DNA of 64,000 nt, from assembly GCA_963791215.1 (NCBI GenBank), contig CAWBRR010000014.1:502-64501 (forward strand). Direction: 5' to 3'. A program made the position numbers and the translations under genes. The DNA is from an uncultured Actinomycetota bacterium. GTDB lineage: Bacteria; Actinomycetota; Actinomycetes; Mycobacteriales; Mycobacteriaceae. The notes below the pieces were generated by a model. It searched no databases. It saw only the letters and a program-made list of their open reading frames with translations, and had not been told where the DNA came from. Below are positions 31,061 to 42,090 of the stretch, piece by piece (position 1 is the first letter of the stretch; the number at the start of each line of letters is the position of its first letter).

Positions 31061-31213
31061 ATGAACATGCAATACGCGCAGGCCGTCATCATTCACGAGC
31101 GGGCTCACCGCGGAGCGCCCGCCGGCTATCTGAGCCTCTCGGAGGCGGCGCGCGTCACCCGGCTGCCGATCGCGATGTTCACCAGCCAGCGCTACGCGGA
31201 CCGCGTTCGCTGA
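31061..31213 (+). CDS. Small hypothetical protein (50 aa)
   Basis: GGAGG RBS; YLSLSEAARVTRL resembles the start of an excisionase-type HTH. Confidence 0.45.
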   Translation: MNMQYAQAVIIHERAHRGAPAGYLSLSEAARVTRLPIAMFTSQRYADRVR

Positions 31214-31381
31214 CTGGCGGGGTTCAGCTCGGGGTCGGTACCTCCCCCACCAGCGGCTCGCCGGCCCGTCGCTTCACGAAGTGAACTGGATTTGACGTGG
31301 CCCAGCCAACGCTGGGCAACTCTGACCAAGGTGGGGTAGCTTCAATCGACACACCGACTGGCCGCTGCCGAGGAGTTCACG

Positions 31382-33199
31382 GTGGATGCGACACCATTCG
31401 GGCACTACCAGTTGCAGAAGCTGCTGGGCCGGGGCGGAATGGGCGAGGTCTATCAGGCCTACGACACCAAGACCGACCGCGTCGTCGCGCTGAAGGTCCT
31501 GCCCCACCACCTGGCCGAGGACCAGACCTTCCAGCAGCGCTTTCGCCGCGAATCGCAGGCCGCCGCGGGCGTCAACGACCCGCACGTCGTCCCCATTCAC
31601 GGGTTCGGTGAGATCGACGGCAGGCTCTACCTCGACATGCGGCTGATCGACGGCCAGACGGTCGGCGAGCTCTTGGCGGAGCGCAAGAAGCCGCTGTCGC
31701 CGACGCTCGCGGTTTCCGTGGTCGAACAGGTCGCGACGGCCCTCGACGCCGCCCACGAAAAGGGGCTGATCCACCGCGACGTGAAGCCGTCGAACATCCT
31801 GCTGACGGTGCACGAGTTCGCCTATCTGATCGACTTCGGGCTGGCCCGCACCGCGGGCGAGTCGGGGATGACGACCGCGGGCAACACCCTGGGCACGTTG
31901 GGGTACATGGCGCCGGAACGCTTCGAGGGCGGGCCGATCGACGGGCGCGCGGACGTCTACGCGTTGGCGTGCGTGCTGCACGAATGCCTCACCGGCGACC
32001 GGCCGTACCAGGCGGACAGCCTCGAGCAGCAGATCGCCGGACACATGATGGCGCCGCCGCCGCGGCCGTCGGACACCGATCCGAAGCTGGTGGCGTTCGA
32101 CGAGGTGATCGCCAAGGGCATGGCCAAGAGGCCGGCCAAGCGGTACCAGACGGCCGCCGAGTTGGCCGCCGCCGCGCGCCGCGCGCTCAACGCACCAGTG
32201 CCCAAGGGCGGCAGGAGTTCTGGGCGGCACTCCGCCGGTCGGGTCAAGACCGTCGGTGCCGATGGTCCAAAGTTGTCCAAGCGTTCCTTGCTCGTCTCGG
32301 CGGGTGCCCTGGCGCTGGTGGCGGTGTGCGCGGTCGGGGCCTGGCAGCTGTGGGGCGGCCCGCGGCGCGGCGACACCCGGCCCGCGAGCATCGCCGAGAG
32401 TTCGGCTCCCCCTTCGGTTCCGGTCGGCTCCTTCGCCGAGATCGCCCAGACGGTGCCCGAGAACATCCGCGCGACGGGCCGACTGGTGATCGGCGTGAAC
32501 GTGCCCTACGCGCCCAACGAGTTCAAGGACTCCTCTGGTGAGATCGTCGGCTTCGACGTCGACCTGATGAACGCGATGGCCCGCACACTCGGCCTGGTGC
32601 CGGACTACCGGGAGACGGCGTTCGAGAGCATCCTCGGCTCGGTCAGCGGAGGCGCCTTCAACGTGGGCATGTCGTCGTTCACCGACACCGTCGACCGGGA
32701 GAAACAGGTCGACTTCGTGACGTACTTCCAGGCGGGCACCCAGTGGGCCCAGCGCGCCGGGTCGACGGTCCAGCCAGATGCCGCGTGCGGGTTGAAGATT
32801 GGCGTGACCTACGCATCGATCCAGGCGACGACGGAGGTTCCGGCCAAGAGCGACGCGTGCGTCGCGGCTGGGCTGTCGCCGATCGACATCGTGGTGTTCA
32901 CCCGGCAGGACGACCTGACCGCGGCGCTGAGGGCCGGCCAGGTCGAGGCGATGTCGGCGGACTCCCCGGTCACGGGCTTCACGGTGAAGCTGAGCAACGG
33001 CGAACTCGACACGGCGGGGCCGATCTTCGACATGGCGCCCTACGGCTGGCCGGTGACCAAGGAGTCGGGGTTGGCCGAGCCGATGCGCAGAGCATTGGAA
33101 CATCTGATGAAGACCGGCGAGTACCGGACCATCGCCACTAAGTGGGGCGTCGAGACGGGCATGATTCCGGAGCCGGTGATCAACGGGGCGGGTGGCTGA
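31382..33199 (+). CDS. Ser/Thr protein kinase fused via a TM helix to a family-3 amino-acid solute-binding domain
   Basis: GRGGMGEVY, HRDVKPSN, DFG, YMAPE; TM helix; PYAPNEF...GFDVDL...SSFTDTVDREKQVDF. Confidence 0.93.
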   Translation: MDATPFGHYQLQKLLGRGGMGEVYQAYDTKTDRVVALKVLPHHLAEDQTFQQRFRRESQAAAGVNDPHVVPIHGFGEIDGRLYLDMRLIDGQTVGELLAERKKPLSPTLAVSVVEQVATALDAAHEKGLIHRDVKPSNILLTVHEFAYLIDFGLARTAGESGMTTAGNTLGTLGYMAPERFEGGPIDGRADVYALACVLHECLTGDRPYQADSLEQQIAGHMMAPPPRPSDTDPKLVAFDEVIAKGMAKRPAKRYQTAAELAAAARRALNAPVPKGGRSSGRHSAGRVKTVGADGPKLSKRSLLVSAGALALVAVCAVGAWQLWGGPRRGDTRPASIAESSAPPSVPVGSFAEIAQTVPENIRATGRLVIGVNVPYAPNEFKDSSGEIVGFDVDLMNAMARTLGLVPDYRETAFESILGSVSGGAFNVGMSSFTDTVDREKQVDFVTYFQAGTQWAQRAGSTVQPDAACGLKIGVTYASIQATTEVPAKSDACVAAGLSPIDIVVFTRQDDLTAALRAGQVEAMSADSPVTGFTVKLSNGELDTAGPIFDMAPYGWPVTKESGLAEPMRRALEHLMKTGEYRTIATKWGVETGMIPEPVINGAGG

Positions 33200-34554
33200 T
33201 CGAGTGAACGATCCAGCCGTCGAGCGGGTTTCGGGTGCGCCGAATCTGCTCATTGGTGCGTATGACGTCGCCACCGTGGGCTATTCCGCACAGGAGTTCT
33301 TCGTCTCGGGGACGGCGACCAGCTATGGCGACGCACCCGTTACCGCTGAGTACAAGACGCGCATCGTCGTCATGACGCCGACGGACCAGGCCCGCTTCAG
33401 CGGGGCGGTCATCGTCGAGTGGCTCAACGTCAGCGGCGGAATCGATGCTCCCGCAGTGTGGTTCATGGCGCATCGCGAGATCGCCCGCGCGGGACACGCC
33501 TACGTCGCCGTCTCGGTGCAGCTCGTCGGCGTCGAGGGGGGAGCCAGCCTCGGCGGCGCGGACATGTCGTTGAAGTCTCAGAACGCGGAACGCTACTCGA
33601 CGCTGCATCATCCCGGCGACGCGTACGCGTACGACATCTACTCTCAGGTCGGCCGGCTGGTTCGGGAACACACGGTCGAGACTGCTCGGCGAACTACGGC
33701 CGAAAGCCGTGCTAGCAGTGGGGGAGTCGCAGTCGGCGATGTTCCTCACGACCTACGTGAACGCCGTCGACCCGGCCGCCAAGGTGTACGACGGGTTCCT
33801 GGTGCACTCGCGCTTCGGTCCGGCGGCGCCGCTGGACGGCCAGCCCGCCTTGGGGGCCATGGACGCCGTGCCGTTCGCTCGGGAGTTACGCGTTCCCGTC
33901 TTCAACATCATCACCGAGACCGATCTGCTGGGTGGGGTGGTCGGGGGCTATCACCCGGCCAGGCAACCCGATTGGGATCGCTTGCGCACGTGGGAGATCG
34001 CGGGTACCGCGCACGCCGACAACTACACGATCAAGGTGGGTTTCATCGACTCCGGCTCGGCGCCGCTGGCCGACCTCGTCGCCGCGTATGCGCCGACCGC
34101 CACCCTGATGGGCGTGGAGTTGTCGCACTGCATCAACTTCGCGCCGCAGCACCACTACGTGTTGCAGTCGGCGCTCGCCCACCTCGTCGACTGGACGCGC
34201 ACGGGTGAGGCCCCGCCGACCGCCCCGCCGCTCGACCTGACCGACGCCGAGCCGCCGCAGCTGGTGCTCGACGCGAACGGCGTCGCCACCGGAGGCGTGC
34301 GCACGCCGTGGGTGGACGTCCCGGTCGCGCGCACGTCGGGGGTCGGTGGCACCGAGCCCGTGATGGCGTTGCTCTTCGGGTCCGGCGAGCTCTTCGACGC
34401 CGAGACGCTCGGGCGGCTCTACCCGGGCGGCGCCGACGACTACGTCGAACGCTTCACCACATCACTCGATGCGACGATCGCGGCCGGGTTCCTGCTCGCG
34501 GCGGACCGTCAGGAGATCGTGGACCTGGCCGTCGCGGCGTATCCGCGCGCCTGA
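33192..34554 (+). CDS. Alpha/beta hydrolase domain protein (Abhydrolase_10-like); frameshift near 33680
   Basis: VIVEWLNVSGG, GESQSA, WEIAGTAHAD, GGVRTPWVDVP. Confidence 0.8.
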
Positions 34555-34559
34555 TCGGG

Positions 34560-34714
34560 CCGCGGCCGCCGCGTACCTCGCCGAACCCGGTCTGCCGTTG
34601 AGCCAGATCGCGAGCCTGCTGGGCTATGCGGAACAGAGCGCGCTGAACCGCTCGTGCCGACGCTGGTTCGGGAAGACGCCGGGCCAGGTCCGGGCCGACG
34701 CCGCGAAGAACTAG
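34560..34714 (+). pseudogene. Orphan C-terminal HTH of an AraC-family regulator
   Basis: AYLAEPGLPLSQIASLLGYAEQSALNRSCRRWFGKTP with no start or N-terminal domain. Confidence 0.8.
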
Positions 34715-36663
34715 CCGTCGCCCTTGTCGGGTTTGTGTTCGTCGGCCTCGGGAATCGGTTGCGACGCAGGCGCTTCGGGTGGGTCTCCTGCGGCGAACGG
34801 CTTCTTGGCTGGCACCGTCGGTCGCTCCGAGTTCGCCTTCTCCGATGCGGTCGGGAGGTGCTGGGTGGCGTCGCTCGGGGGTGATGACGGGCGCCGCTGG
34901 ATCCGCAGCGCCGTCGTGGCGTCGCTGGCCGACGGCGGCGGCGGCCGCTGAATTCGCAGTGCGGTGGTGGCCGCAGGTAGCTCGTTGGTCGCCACCGGCA
35001 CCTGCTGGGTCGGCGCGGCGGGTGCGGGCGCGTCGATGAGACTCGTCGAATCCTCTTTGATCCGAACGATCTTCGGCACCGTCTTCTGCGGGGGCCGGGC
35101 GATGGCGGGCCGCGAGGGAACGGGTGGCTGGGTCTGGGCCGCGGACGGCGTGGCGGCCGTCGGGGCGGCGGCGCGGATCTCGCGCCGCCGGAGTATGTAG
35201 CCGGCCAACGGTCCCGTGACGAGCGCGGCGACGAGGATGGCCAGGCTCAGCCCGACGATCACGACGTCGAACGTGCTGGTGATCTGCTGGGCGACGTCGT
35301 TGCCGAAGATCGCGTCGGGGCTGCGCGGCACCGGCTCGGCGTACCGCGGGGCGAGCGCCACGCCGAGGACCAGCTGGGCCGCCGTGAAGACGAAGAGCAC
35401 CCCGCTGAACGCGGCGATGACCGTCGACGTCAGCCCGCCCTTGGAGAGTTGGCGCTTCAGCCACACGGCGATGCATCCGCTGAACAGGTTGAATCCAGTC
35501 AGGGCGACGCTGTCGTAGATGGCGCGTGGCAGGTCGAGCGACAGCGCGATCACGTAGTCGACGACGCGCAGCCCGGCCGCGGCGAACGACCAGAACGCGA
35601 TGAGCGCCAAGCACTTCAGCGCTGCCCCGCGGTAGACGGCCAGCGTCGGCGGCTTGATCAGGAAGACGGCGTACAGCGTCGTCGGTGCGACGATCGCGGC
35701 GGCAGCCGCCCATGCCAGGTAGCCCTCGTACCCCACGGCGGCCGTCGACGTGTTCTCGGCGATGCCGTGGAACGCGTCGACGTCGCGGCCGACGCCGCAC
35801 ACCCACACCAGCACGCCAGCAATGGCGGCGGAGACGCCCAGCGCCGTCGTCGCAAGTCGGCCCGCGGCCGTCTTCTGCGCTAGCCAGAGCGACCCGATGA
35901 CCAACGCTGTCATCGCCACGGCGCCGTACAGCAGCGTGGTGATGATCACCGCGGCGTCGCGGCCGCCGAAGTCGACGTTGGTGGCGAAGAGGTAGCGCAG
36001 CCGCCAGAAGAGGTTGAACACCACCGCCCATGCCGCCAGCACGATCGAGGCGATTCCGATGTATCGGGCCGCCGTGAACCAGCGGCGAAAGCCGTTGTCC
36101 TCCAGCGTGATACTCGTTATCGGCTGCTGCGCCGCGAGCAGCGCGCCCGCGACGCCGACCGACATGCCCGGTCCGACGCCCGGCGGCACGGCACCGGTGC
36201 CGCCGAAGTGGATGGTCTGCGCGAGATGAAAGCCGACGAAGGCGACCACGCAGACGAGGTAGGGGACGCAGAGCCACAACCGAATTCGCGACGTGCGGGC
36301 GACGTCGGCCTGCGGCGCAGCGAGCCGGAACGGTCCAACGTGCGGGGCCAGCGCGGCGGCCAGGGCCAGCAGCGTCACCACGAACACCCCGACGAACACC
36401 AGCCAGCTGCTTCCGGGGACGCCCAACCCGAACTCGATGCTCCACGGGAGCAGCAGGGCCAGCACGAGCAGCGCCACCGCGAGCCCGTCGCGCACGCGGT
36501 TGGTTCGGGTGGGGACGTAGCCGACGCGTGGCGCCGGAGCAGCGGGGTGAGCCTTGCCGACCACGTGGCCGGCCGAGGCGGGCTGCTGCGGAAGCGGGAT
36601 GCGCGTCGTCGCGCCGTCGGGCTGGTGACGACCGCCAGTCGCGGCGTAGCGATCTTCGCTCAC
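34711..36663 (-). CDS. Polytopic mycobacterial membrane protein with Pro/Ala-rich tail
   Basis: About 12 hydrophobic segments; tail with TTALRIQR repeats. Confidence 0.8.
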   Translation of the reverse strand: MSEDRYAATGGRHQPDGATTRIPLPQQPASAGHVVGKAHPAAPAPRVGYVPTRTNRVRDGLAVALLVLALLLPWSIEFGLGVPGSSWLVFVGVFVVTLLALAAALAPHVGPFRLAAPQADVARTSRIRLWLCVPYLVCVVAFVGFHLAQTIHFGGTGAVPPGVGPGMSVGVAGALLAAQQPITSITLEDNGFRRWFTAARYIGIASIVLAAWAVVFNLFWRLRYLFATNVDFGGRDAAVIITTLLYGAVAMTALVIGSLWLAQKTAAGRLATTALGVSAAIAGVLVWVCGVGRDVDAFHGIAENTSTAAVGYEGYLAWAAAAAIVAPTTLYAVFLIKPPTLAVYRGAALKCLALIAFWSFAAAGLRVVDYVIALSLDLPRAIYDSVALTGFNLFSGCIAVWLKRQLSKGGLTSTVIAAFSGVLFVFTAAQLVLGVALAPRYAEPVPRSPDAIFGNDVAQQITSTFDVVIVGLSLAILVAALVTGPLAGYILRRREIRAAAPTAATPSAAQTQPPVPSRPAIARPPQKTVPKIVRIKEDSTSLIDAPAPAAPTQQVPVATNELPAATTALRIQRPPPPSASDATTALRIQRRPSSPPSDATQHLPTASEKANSERPTVPAKKPFAAGDPPEAPASQPIPEADEHKPDKGDG

Positions 36664-36984
36664 GTGACGGGGTCCTCTCCGCTGGCGTTGGTGAACGTTG
36701 GTGGACTAACTGTTCCGATTTTCGGCCGAGTACACAAGGTGGTCCAGGGTAGGCGCGGGCGCGTGCGGACGCTGCGACTCCGGGTGTTCGGGGCCGAGGA
36801 CGACGTTGCTGGGCCCGTCCGCTGCCGTGGTCAGCGGGTCGCCAGACGCCAAGGATCCACCAAGGAGCTCCGGTAGCGTTGACACAGTCGAATCGCAGAC
36901 TCGGCGCGTCGGGGTAACGGCTGCACTACGCGGGACGAAAGTCCTTCGAATGCGCACAACACGCGGGAGGCAAGGAGTGGTCCG

Positions 36985-38999
36985 GTGGACGTAGTCCTCG
37001 GGGTAGCGGTGACCGGTCCGGTCGCCCGGTTGGCCATGATGGGCTCGGCCGCCGACGGTGGTCAGCTGATCGACGAATACGCCCTCGACCTGCCCACCGA
37101 GGTCATGACCGACCTCGCCGACACCATCGTCGGTACCTACCGCGCGGTGACGGAGTCGGGCAACCGGCTGGCCTCGACCAGGCTGTGCCTGCCGGATGCC
37201 GCCCAGGCCGATCACCTGCGCCAGATGCTGCTCAGCGCGGGCGTATTGGACGTCGAGATGGTGTCGGAGGCCGAGGCGGCCACGGAGCTGGTTCGGAGCA
37301 CCGGCGCCGATGCGGCGTTGCTGGTCGACGACGACACCGCGACGCTGACGATCGTCGGTTCCGACAGCATCGCGACGTCGGTGCTCGCGTCCCTGCCGAT
37401 CGGCGCGGGAGGTGCGGCCATCGCGTGCGTGACGGCGTTGGAGCGGCTGCAGGCGGGGCCGTTCGCACCCGAACGGGTGATGCTCGTCGGGCATCGAGAC
37501 GACCTTGAGTCCATTGCCGCCGACATCCGCGAACTCTCGTCGGTGCCGGTGGCCTTGCCCAGCGATGTGGGCTTCGCGCTCGCGCGGGGTGCGGCGAAGA
37601 CCGTTGGTGGCGGTGCCTTCCCGCTCGAACCGGTCGGGCCGCAGGCACAGGTGGCGACGCAGATGGCGCCGTCGATCGGGGCGCAAGACTTCGAGTCGAT
37701 CGATCCGTCCGGTGGCGCGACGCAGATGGCGCCGTCGGTGGGGGCGCAGCAGTCCGCGTCGATCGATCCGTCCGGCGGGGCGACGCAGATGGCGCCGTCG
37801 ATCGATCCGGCCGCTGTGGCTACGGGTTTGGCGCCGACGGCCGCGTGGGGGTCGGGGGCACCGTCGCCGGAACCTCAGCTGGCGTACTCGCAGGCCGATC
37901 CGGGCCTCGGACCCATGGCGGCGTACTCGGCCGACTACCACCCGGTGAGATGCCGATGGATTCGCTCGAGGAGCTGATCCCCGAGCAGGACGGGGATCTG
38001 ACGGAGTTCACCCCCGCGCTGACGCCGGCGGCTCCGCGAATGTTGTTGATGGGCAGTGCGATCGCCTTCGTCGTCGTCAGCTTCGCCACGCTGGCCGTCA
38101 CGCTCGCGATCAACGTCCGACCCGCGGCCGTTGTCAGTGAAATGCCAACGCAGGCTGTGCAATCCGACACCGTGCCGGGGCGTTACCTGCCCCCGGTTCC
38201 GCACCAGCCCGATCCGGTGGCCCTGCCCGTCGCGGTGCTGACCCCGCCGCCAGCCGCCCCGCCCGCGCCTCAGCTGCAGCAGGCCCCACGGATCAACAAC
38301 CGGCCCGGGAACAACGACGTGCCGGCCGCTCCGCCGGTCGAGGCCCCGCCGATTGAGGCGCCCCCGCTGGCGCCGCCGGGCGACGCGCCTCCGCCGCCGA
38401 ACATTGGGGTGCCGCCGTTCATCCCGATCCCGATCCCGCTCCCGCCGATCTTCGTTCCCGTGCCTGGCAATCAGTTCCCGTCCCTGCCGTCGTCCCTGCC
38501 GTCGTCGCCGCCGTCGTCGCCGCCGTCGAGTCCGCCTTCGAGTCCGCCGTCGAGCCCGCCGTCCTCGCCCCCGTCGAGCCCGCCTTCTTCACCGCCCTCG
38601 AGCCCGCCGTCCTCGCCGCCGTCGTCGCCGCCCTCGAGCCCGCCGTCCTCGCCGCCGTCGAGTCCGCCTTCGTCGGCGCCATCCACTCAGTTGACGGTGC
38701 CGTCTTCGGTGGCCCCCTCGGTGGCGTCGTCCGTACCGGTGACGCCGAAGGCGCCTGCGTACACCCCACCTGCGCCCGAGCCGGAGTACACGGCCCCGGC
38801 GGTCCCGGCCTACACGCCGCCCGCGGCGCCGGTGCCGGCCTACACGCCGCCCGCCGCGGCGGTGGTGCCCGCGTACACGCCGCCTGCGGCACCGGTGCCC
38901 GCGTACACGCCGCCCGTGGTCGAGCAGGCTCCGGTGGCCCCGCAGCTTCCGGTGGCTCCGCAGGCGCCCGTGACGACAGTCGTGATCCCCGGAGCCTGA
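36985..38999 (+). CDS. Second DUF7159-like membrane protein with Ser/Pro-rich repeats; frameshift near 37935
   Basis: MDVVLGVAVTG...FALARGAA, ATQMAP repeats, TM helix, (SSPP)n and AYTPP repeats. Confidence 0.8.
37654..37810 (+). repeat. Coding repeat ATQMAPS...IDPSGG (60-bp unit)
   Basis: GCGACGCAGATGGCGCCGTCG three times. Confidence 0.85.
38478..38914 (+). repeat. (SSPP)n 12-bp coding array followed by AYTPP repeats
   Basis: About 14 SSPP units with synonymous variation, then about five YTPP-containing units. Confidence 0.9.
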
Positions 39000-39124
39000 G
39001 GATCGACAACTGCGGCTTTCGCCCGCCGTCGCCGCGGCGCGAGTAGCGTGGGGGCCTGGCCCGACGATGCTCATCCGGGCCGGTTCGGAGGTTCCACCCG
39101 ATGGCGATGCGGTAGCGAATCCCG

Positions 39125-40486
39125 ATGACTGTCAGTGTCTTCGACCTCTTCTCGATCGGGGTGGGTCCGTCGAGTTCCCACACCGTCGGGCCGATGCGTG
39201 CCGCGAAGCGGTTCGTCGAGGAGCTCGGCGAACGGGTATCGTCAGTGGTCGCCGTCGAGGTCGACCTGTATGGATCGTTGGCCGCCACCGGAGCGGGGCA
39301 CGGCACGCCCGGCGCGCTGTTGCTGGGGCTGGGCGGTGAGACGCCGGAGCACGTCGATCCGGAGCTCGGGCGCAAGCAGGTCGCGGCGATCGACGCAGGC
39401 GAACCGCTGATGTTGGGCGGGGTCGCCGCGGTCGCGTTCACCACCGCGGACATCGGTATGCATCCCACCGAGATCAAGAACCGGCACACGAACGCGATGC
39501 GGTTCGCCGTCGAGTTCCGCGACGGCGCAACGCACGAGGCCATGTACTACTCGATCGGCGGCGGATTCGTGGAGCGCGACGGCCAGCCGCCGGAGCCACC
39601 CGCCGAGGTGCCGGTGCCGTTCTCCACCGGTGCCGAGCTGCTGCAGCTGTGCGAGGAGCAGAACGCGGCGATGTGGGAGATCGTGTGGCGCAACGAGTGT
39701 GCGATGCGTCCCGAGTCCGAGGTGCGTGCCGGGCTGCTGCGGATCTGGACGGCGATGGCCGACTGCATCGACGCGGGCTTCCACGCCGAGGGGGTACTGC
39801 CGGGCGGGCTTCTCGTGCGGCGGCGAGCGCCCGCGCTGTACGGGCAGCTGATGCTCCACGAGGGTGGTGACGCGCACGCGGATTCGATGGACTGGCTGAA
39901 CGTCGCGGCGATGGCGGTCAACGAGGAGAACGCCGGCGGTTGTCGGGTGGTGACGGCGCCAACCAACGGAGCCGCGGGAATCGTTCCGGCCGTGATGTTT
40001 TGGGCGTTCCGCTTCCTGCCGGGGCTCGAGCACCCGGAGCGACGCGACGACGCGGTGGTGCGGTACCTGTTGACGGCGGCCGCGATCGCCGTGCTCTACA
40101 AGGAGCGGGCGTCGATCTCGGGTGCCGAGGTGGGGTGTCAGGGCGAGGTCGGGTCGGCGTGCTCGATGGCGGCGGCCGGGCTGGCCGAGTTGCTCGGTGG
40201 CTCACCTCCCCAAGTCGAGAACGCGGCCGAGATCGGCATCGAGCACAACCTCGGGCTGACGTGCGATCCGATCGGCGGGCTGGTGCAGATCCCGTGCATC
40301 GAACGCAATGCCATCGCTTCGGTGAAGGCGGTCAACGCCGCCAAGATGGCGCTGCACGGCGACGGCATCCATCGCGTCTCGCTGGATCAGGCAATCGAGA
40401 CGATGCGGCAGACCGGAATGGACATGCACACCAAGTACAAGGAGACGTCGCTCGGCGGGTTGGCGGTCAACGTTCCGGAATGCTGA
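39125..40486 (+). CDS. sdaA: L-serine ammonia-lyase (Fe-S, single chain)
   Basis: [59 protein letters not shown]. Confidence 0.97.
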   Translation: MTVSVFDLFSIGVGPSSSHTVGPMRAAKRFVEELGERVSSVVAVEVDLYGSLAATGAGHGTPGALLLGLGGETPEHVDPELGRKQVAAIDAGEPLMLGGVAAVAFTTADIGMHPTEIKNRHTNAMRFAVEFRDGATHEAMYYSIGGGFVERDGQPPEPPAEVPVPFSTGAELLQLCEEQNAAMWEIVWRNECAMRPESEVRAGLLRIWTAMADCIDAGFHAEGVLPGGLLVRRRAPALYGQLMLHEGGDAHADSMDWLNVAAMAVNEENAGGCRVVTAPTNGAAGIVPAVMFWAFRFLPGLEHPERRDDAVVRYLLTAAAIAVLYKERASISGAEVGCQGEVGSACSMAAAGLAELLGGSPPQVENAAEIGIEHNLGLTCDPIGGLVQIPCIERNAIASVKAVNAAKMALHGDGIHRVSLDQAIETMRQTGMDMHTKYKETSLGGLAVNVPEC

Positions 40487-40492
40487 CGTTCC

Positions 40493-40557
40493 CCCGCGAG
40501 CAGACGCAAACTCCCCTCAATCCCGAAGGTTGAGGGGAGTTTGCGTCTGCTCGCGGG
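40493..40557. repeat. Mycobacterial REP-like 28-bp inverted repeat between convergent genes
   Basis: CCCGCGAGCAGACGCAAACTCCCCTCAA-loop-TTGAGGGGAGTTTGCGTCTGCTCGCGGG. Confidence 0.9.
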
Positions 40558-40570
40558 TTTGGGCGCTGAC

Positions 40571-41359
40571 CTAGCCGTCCGGATTCTTCAGCGGCTCGCT
40601 GAAGCCGTCGTCCTGCAGGATCTGCCTACCCCTGGGGCCGGTCACCTCCTGAACGAACTGGCCGGCTTCCCCGGCCAAATGCGTGCCGTTGATCACCGTG
40701 ATCCAGGACGTGACGTCGTCCACGTCCCCGGGAAGTTCGACCACCGACACCTTGTCGCCTGCCGCCTCCGCCTCGGTCCTGAAGACGATGCCGGCGTCGG
40801 CCTTCCCGGCCGTCACGTCGTCGAGGACGGCCCGCGACGTCGGTTCCGACAGCTGCGGATGTAGCTGAACACCGGCTCGGTGCTGGGCAAGCTCTGTTGC
40901 CGCGCCGCAGGCTCCTTCAGCCCCGCACACCGCCACCCGGGTGCCGGGCCGAGTGAGCTCGGCGAGGGACACGACGTGTCCGGGGTTGCCGGCCGGGACG
41001 ACGAGGACGAGTCGGTTCGCGGCGAACGGCACCGGCGCGCCGGAGGCGAGGCCGGCGGCCTGCACCGCCGTCATGTCAGCGGTGTTGCCCGAGGCGAAGA
41101 CGTCGACGTCGGCTCCGTCTGCCACGGCGACGGACAGCTCCTGGGAACCCGCGAAGACGAACTCCACCGAGTAGCCGGGGTTCGCCGCCTCGAAGCCCTT
41201 GCCGATGGCGGTGAAGCTCTTGATCAGCGATGCCGAGGCGTACACCGTGATCGACGTGGTGCGGTCCTGGTCAGTGCCGCAGGCAGTCGCCGACGCCACG
41301 ACGGTGAGCATCGCCACGGCCGTGATTCGCTTCCATCGCCTGTCCACGTCCTGTGACAT
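40571..41359 (-). CDS. modA: Molybdate ABC transporter substrate-binding lipoprotein
   Basis: ATAC lipobox, VYASASL, FAGSQEL, DVFASG, FAANRLVL, CGAA. No modBC adjacent. Confidence 0.85.
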   Translation of the reverse strand: MSQDVDRRWKRITAVAMLTVVASATACGTDQDRTTSITVYASASLIKSFTAIGKGFEAANPGYSVEFVFAGSQELSVAVADGADVDVFASGNTADMTAVQAAGLASGAPVPFAANRLVLVVPAGNPGHVVSLAELTRPGTRVAVCGAEGACGAATELAQHRAGVQLHPQLSEPTSRAVLDDVTAGKADAGIVFRTEAEAAGDKVSVVELPGDVDDVTSWITVINGTHLAGEAGQFVQEVTGPRGRQILQDDGFSEPLKNPDG

Positions 41360-41487
41360 TACCCAGCCACTCCCGCTCCATTGGACGGCGACGTCGCGAC
41401 CTGCGTGCCTGTGAGCGTTAGCTGTATCGCCTGGGAATCGCCTTACGTGGGATCGATCGGGGAGCTGACGGGGGCAAGCTGGACATC

Positions 41488-42039
41488 ATGCTTGGACCCG
41501 TGGAGGCAGGCCGCAAAGAAAAGCGGCCCGCTTCGCAGCGCGCGGCGTCCACCCCACGATCGACCGGATCCGACGAGACCCCCGGCGGCGCGTCCCGACT
41601 GCGCGTCGCCCGGTCCCGTTTCCGGCTTGCTTACGTGGCGCTGCTGTTCGAAGGGCTCGCGAGTGCCGGGTTTGGTGGCGTCGCGCTGGCCTTGTCGATG
41701 GCCAATCTGCGATTCGGCGAGCGGGGGATGCCGTTCCTGGGTCTCGAGCTCACGCCGCTGCACGGCGGCGTTCTGATGGTGAGCGGGGCGCTGGCCGTGC
41801 TGGTGTGCCTCGGCCGCTGGCCGACGGTCGCCTTCGCCGCCGTTGCGGCCGGCGGCTGGGCAGCGTTGGCCGTCGTCTGCGCCGTCCGGACGGGTCAGCA
41901 CACTCCGGGCGTGCTCGGATTCGACGCCCGTGACACGGTGTTCTACGCGGTACTCGGGGCGTACAACCTGGCGGTCTGCCTCTGGTTGGCTCCGATGGTG
42001 TCGACGATGTGGCGGACCACCCGAAGTCGCGCGTCCTGA
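41488..42039 (+). CDS. Four-TM membrane protein (DUF4383-like)
   Basis: Four hydrophobic helices; GLELTPLHG motif. Confidence 0.65.
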   Translation: MLGPVEAGRKEKRPASQRAASTPRSTGSDETPGGASRLRVARSRFRLAYVALLFEGLASAGFGGVALALSMANLRFGERGMPFLGLELTPLHGGVLMVSGALAVLVCLGRWPTVAFAAVAAGGWAALAVVCAVRTGQHTPGVLGFDARDTVFYAVLGAYNLAVCLWLAPMVSTMWRTTRSRAS

Positions 42040-42090
42040 CCTTCGACGGAGCAGCCGTCGGACCGAGCCCTTGCCGTTACTGTCGCCATC

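Noticed and set aside
39000..39124. Glycine riboswitch upstream of sdaA
   Set aside because: No recognisable GGAGA/CCGAAG/CTCTCAGG aptamer elements.
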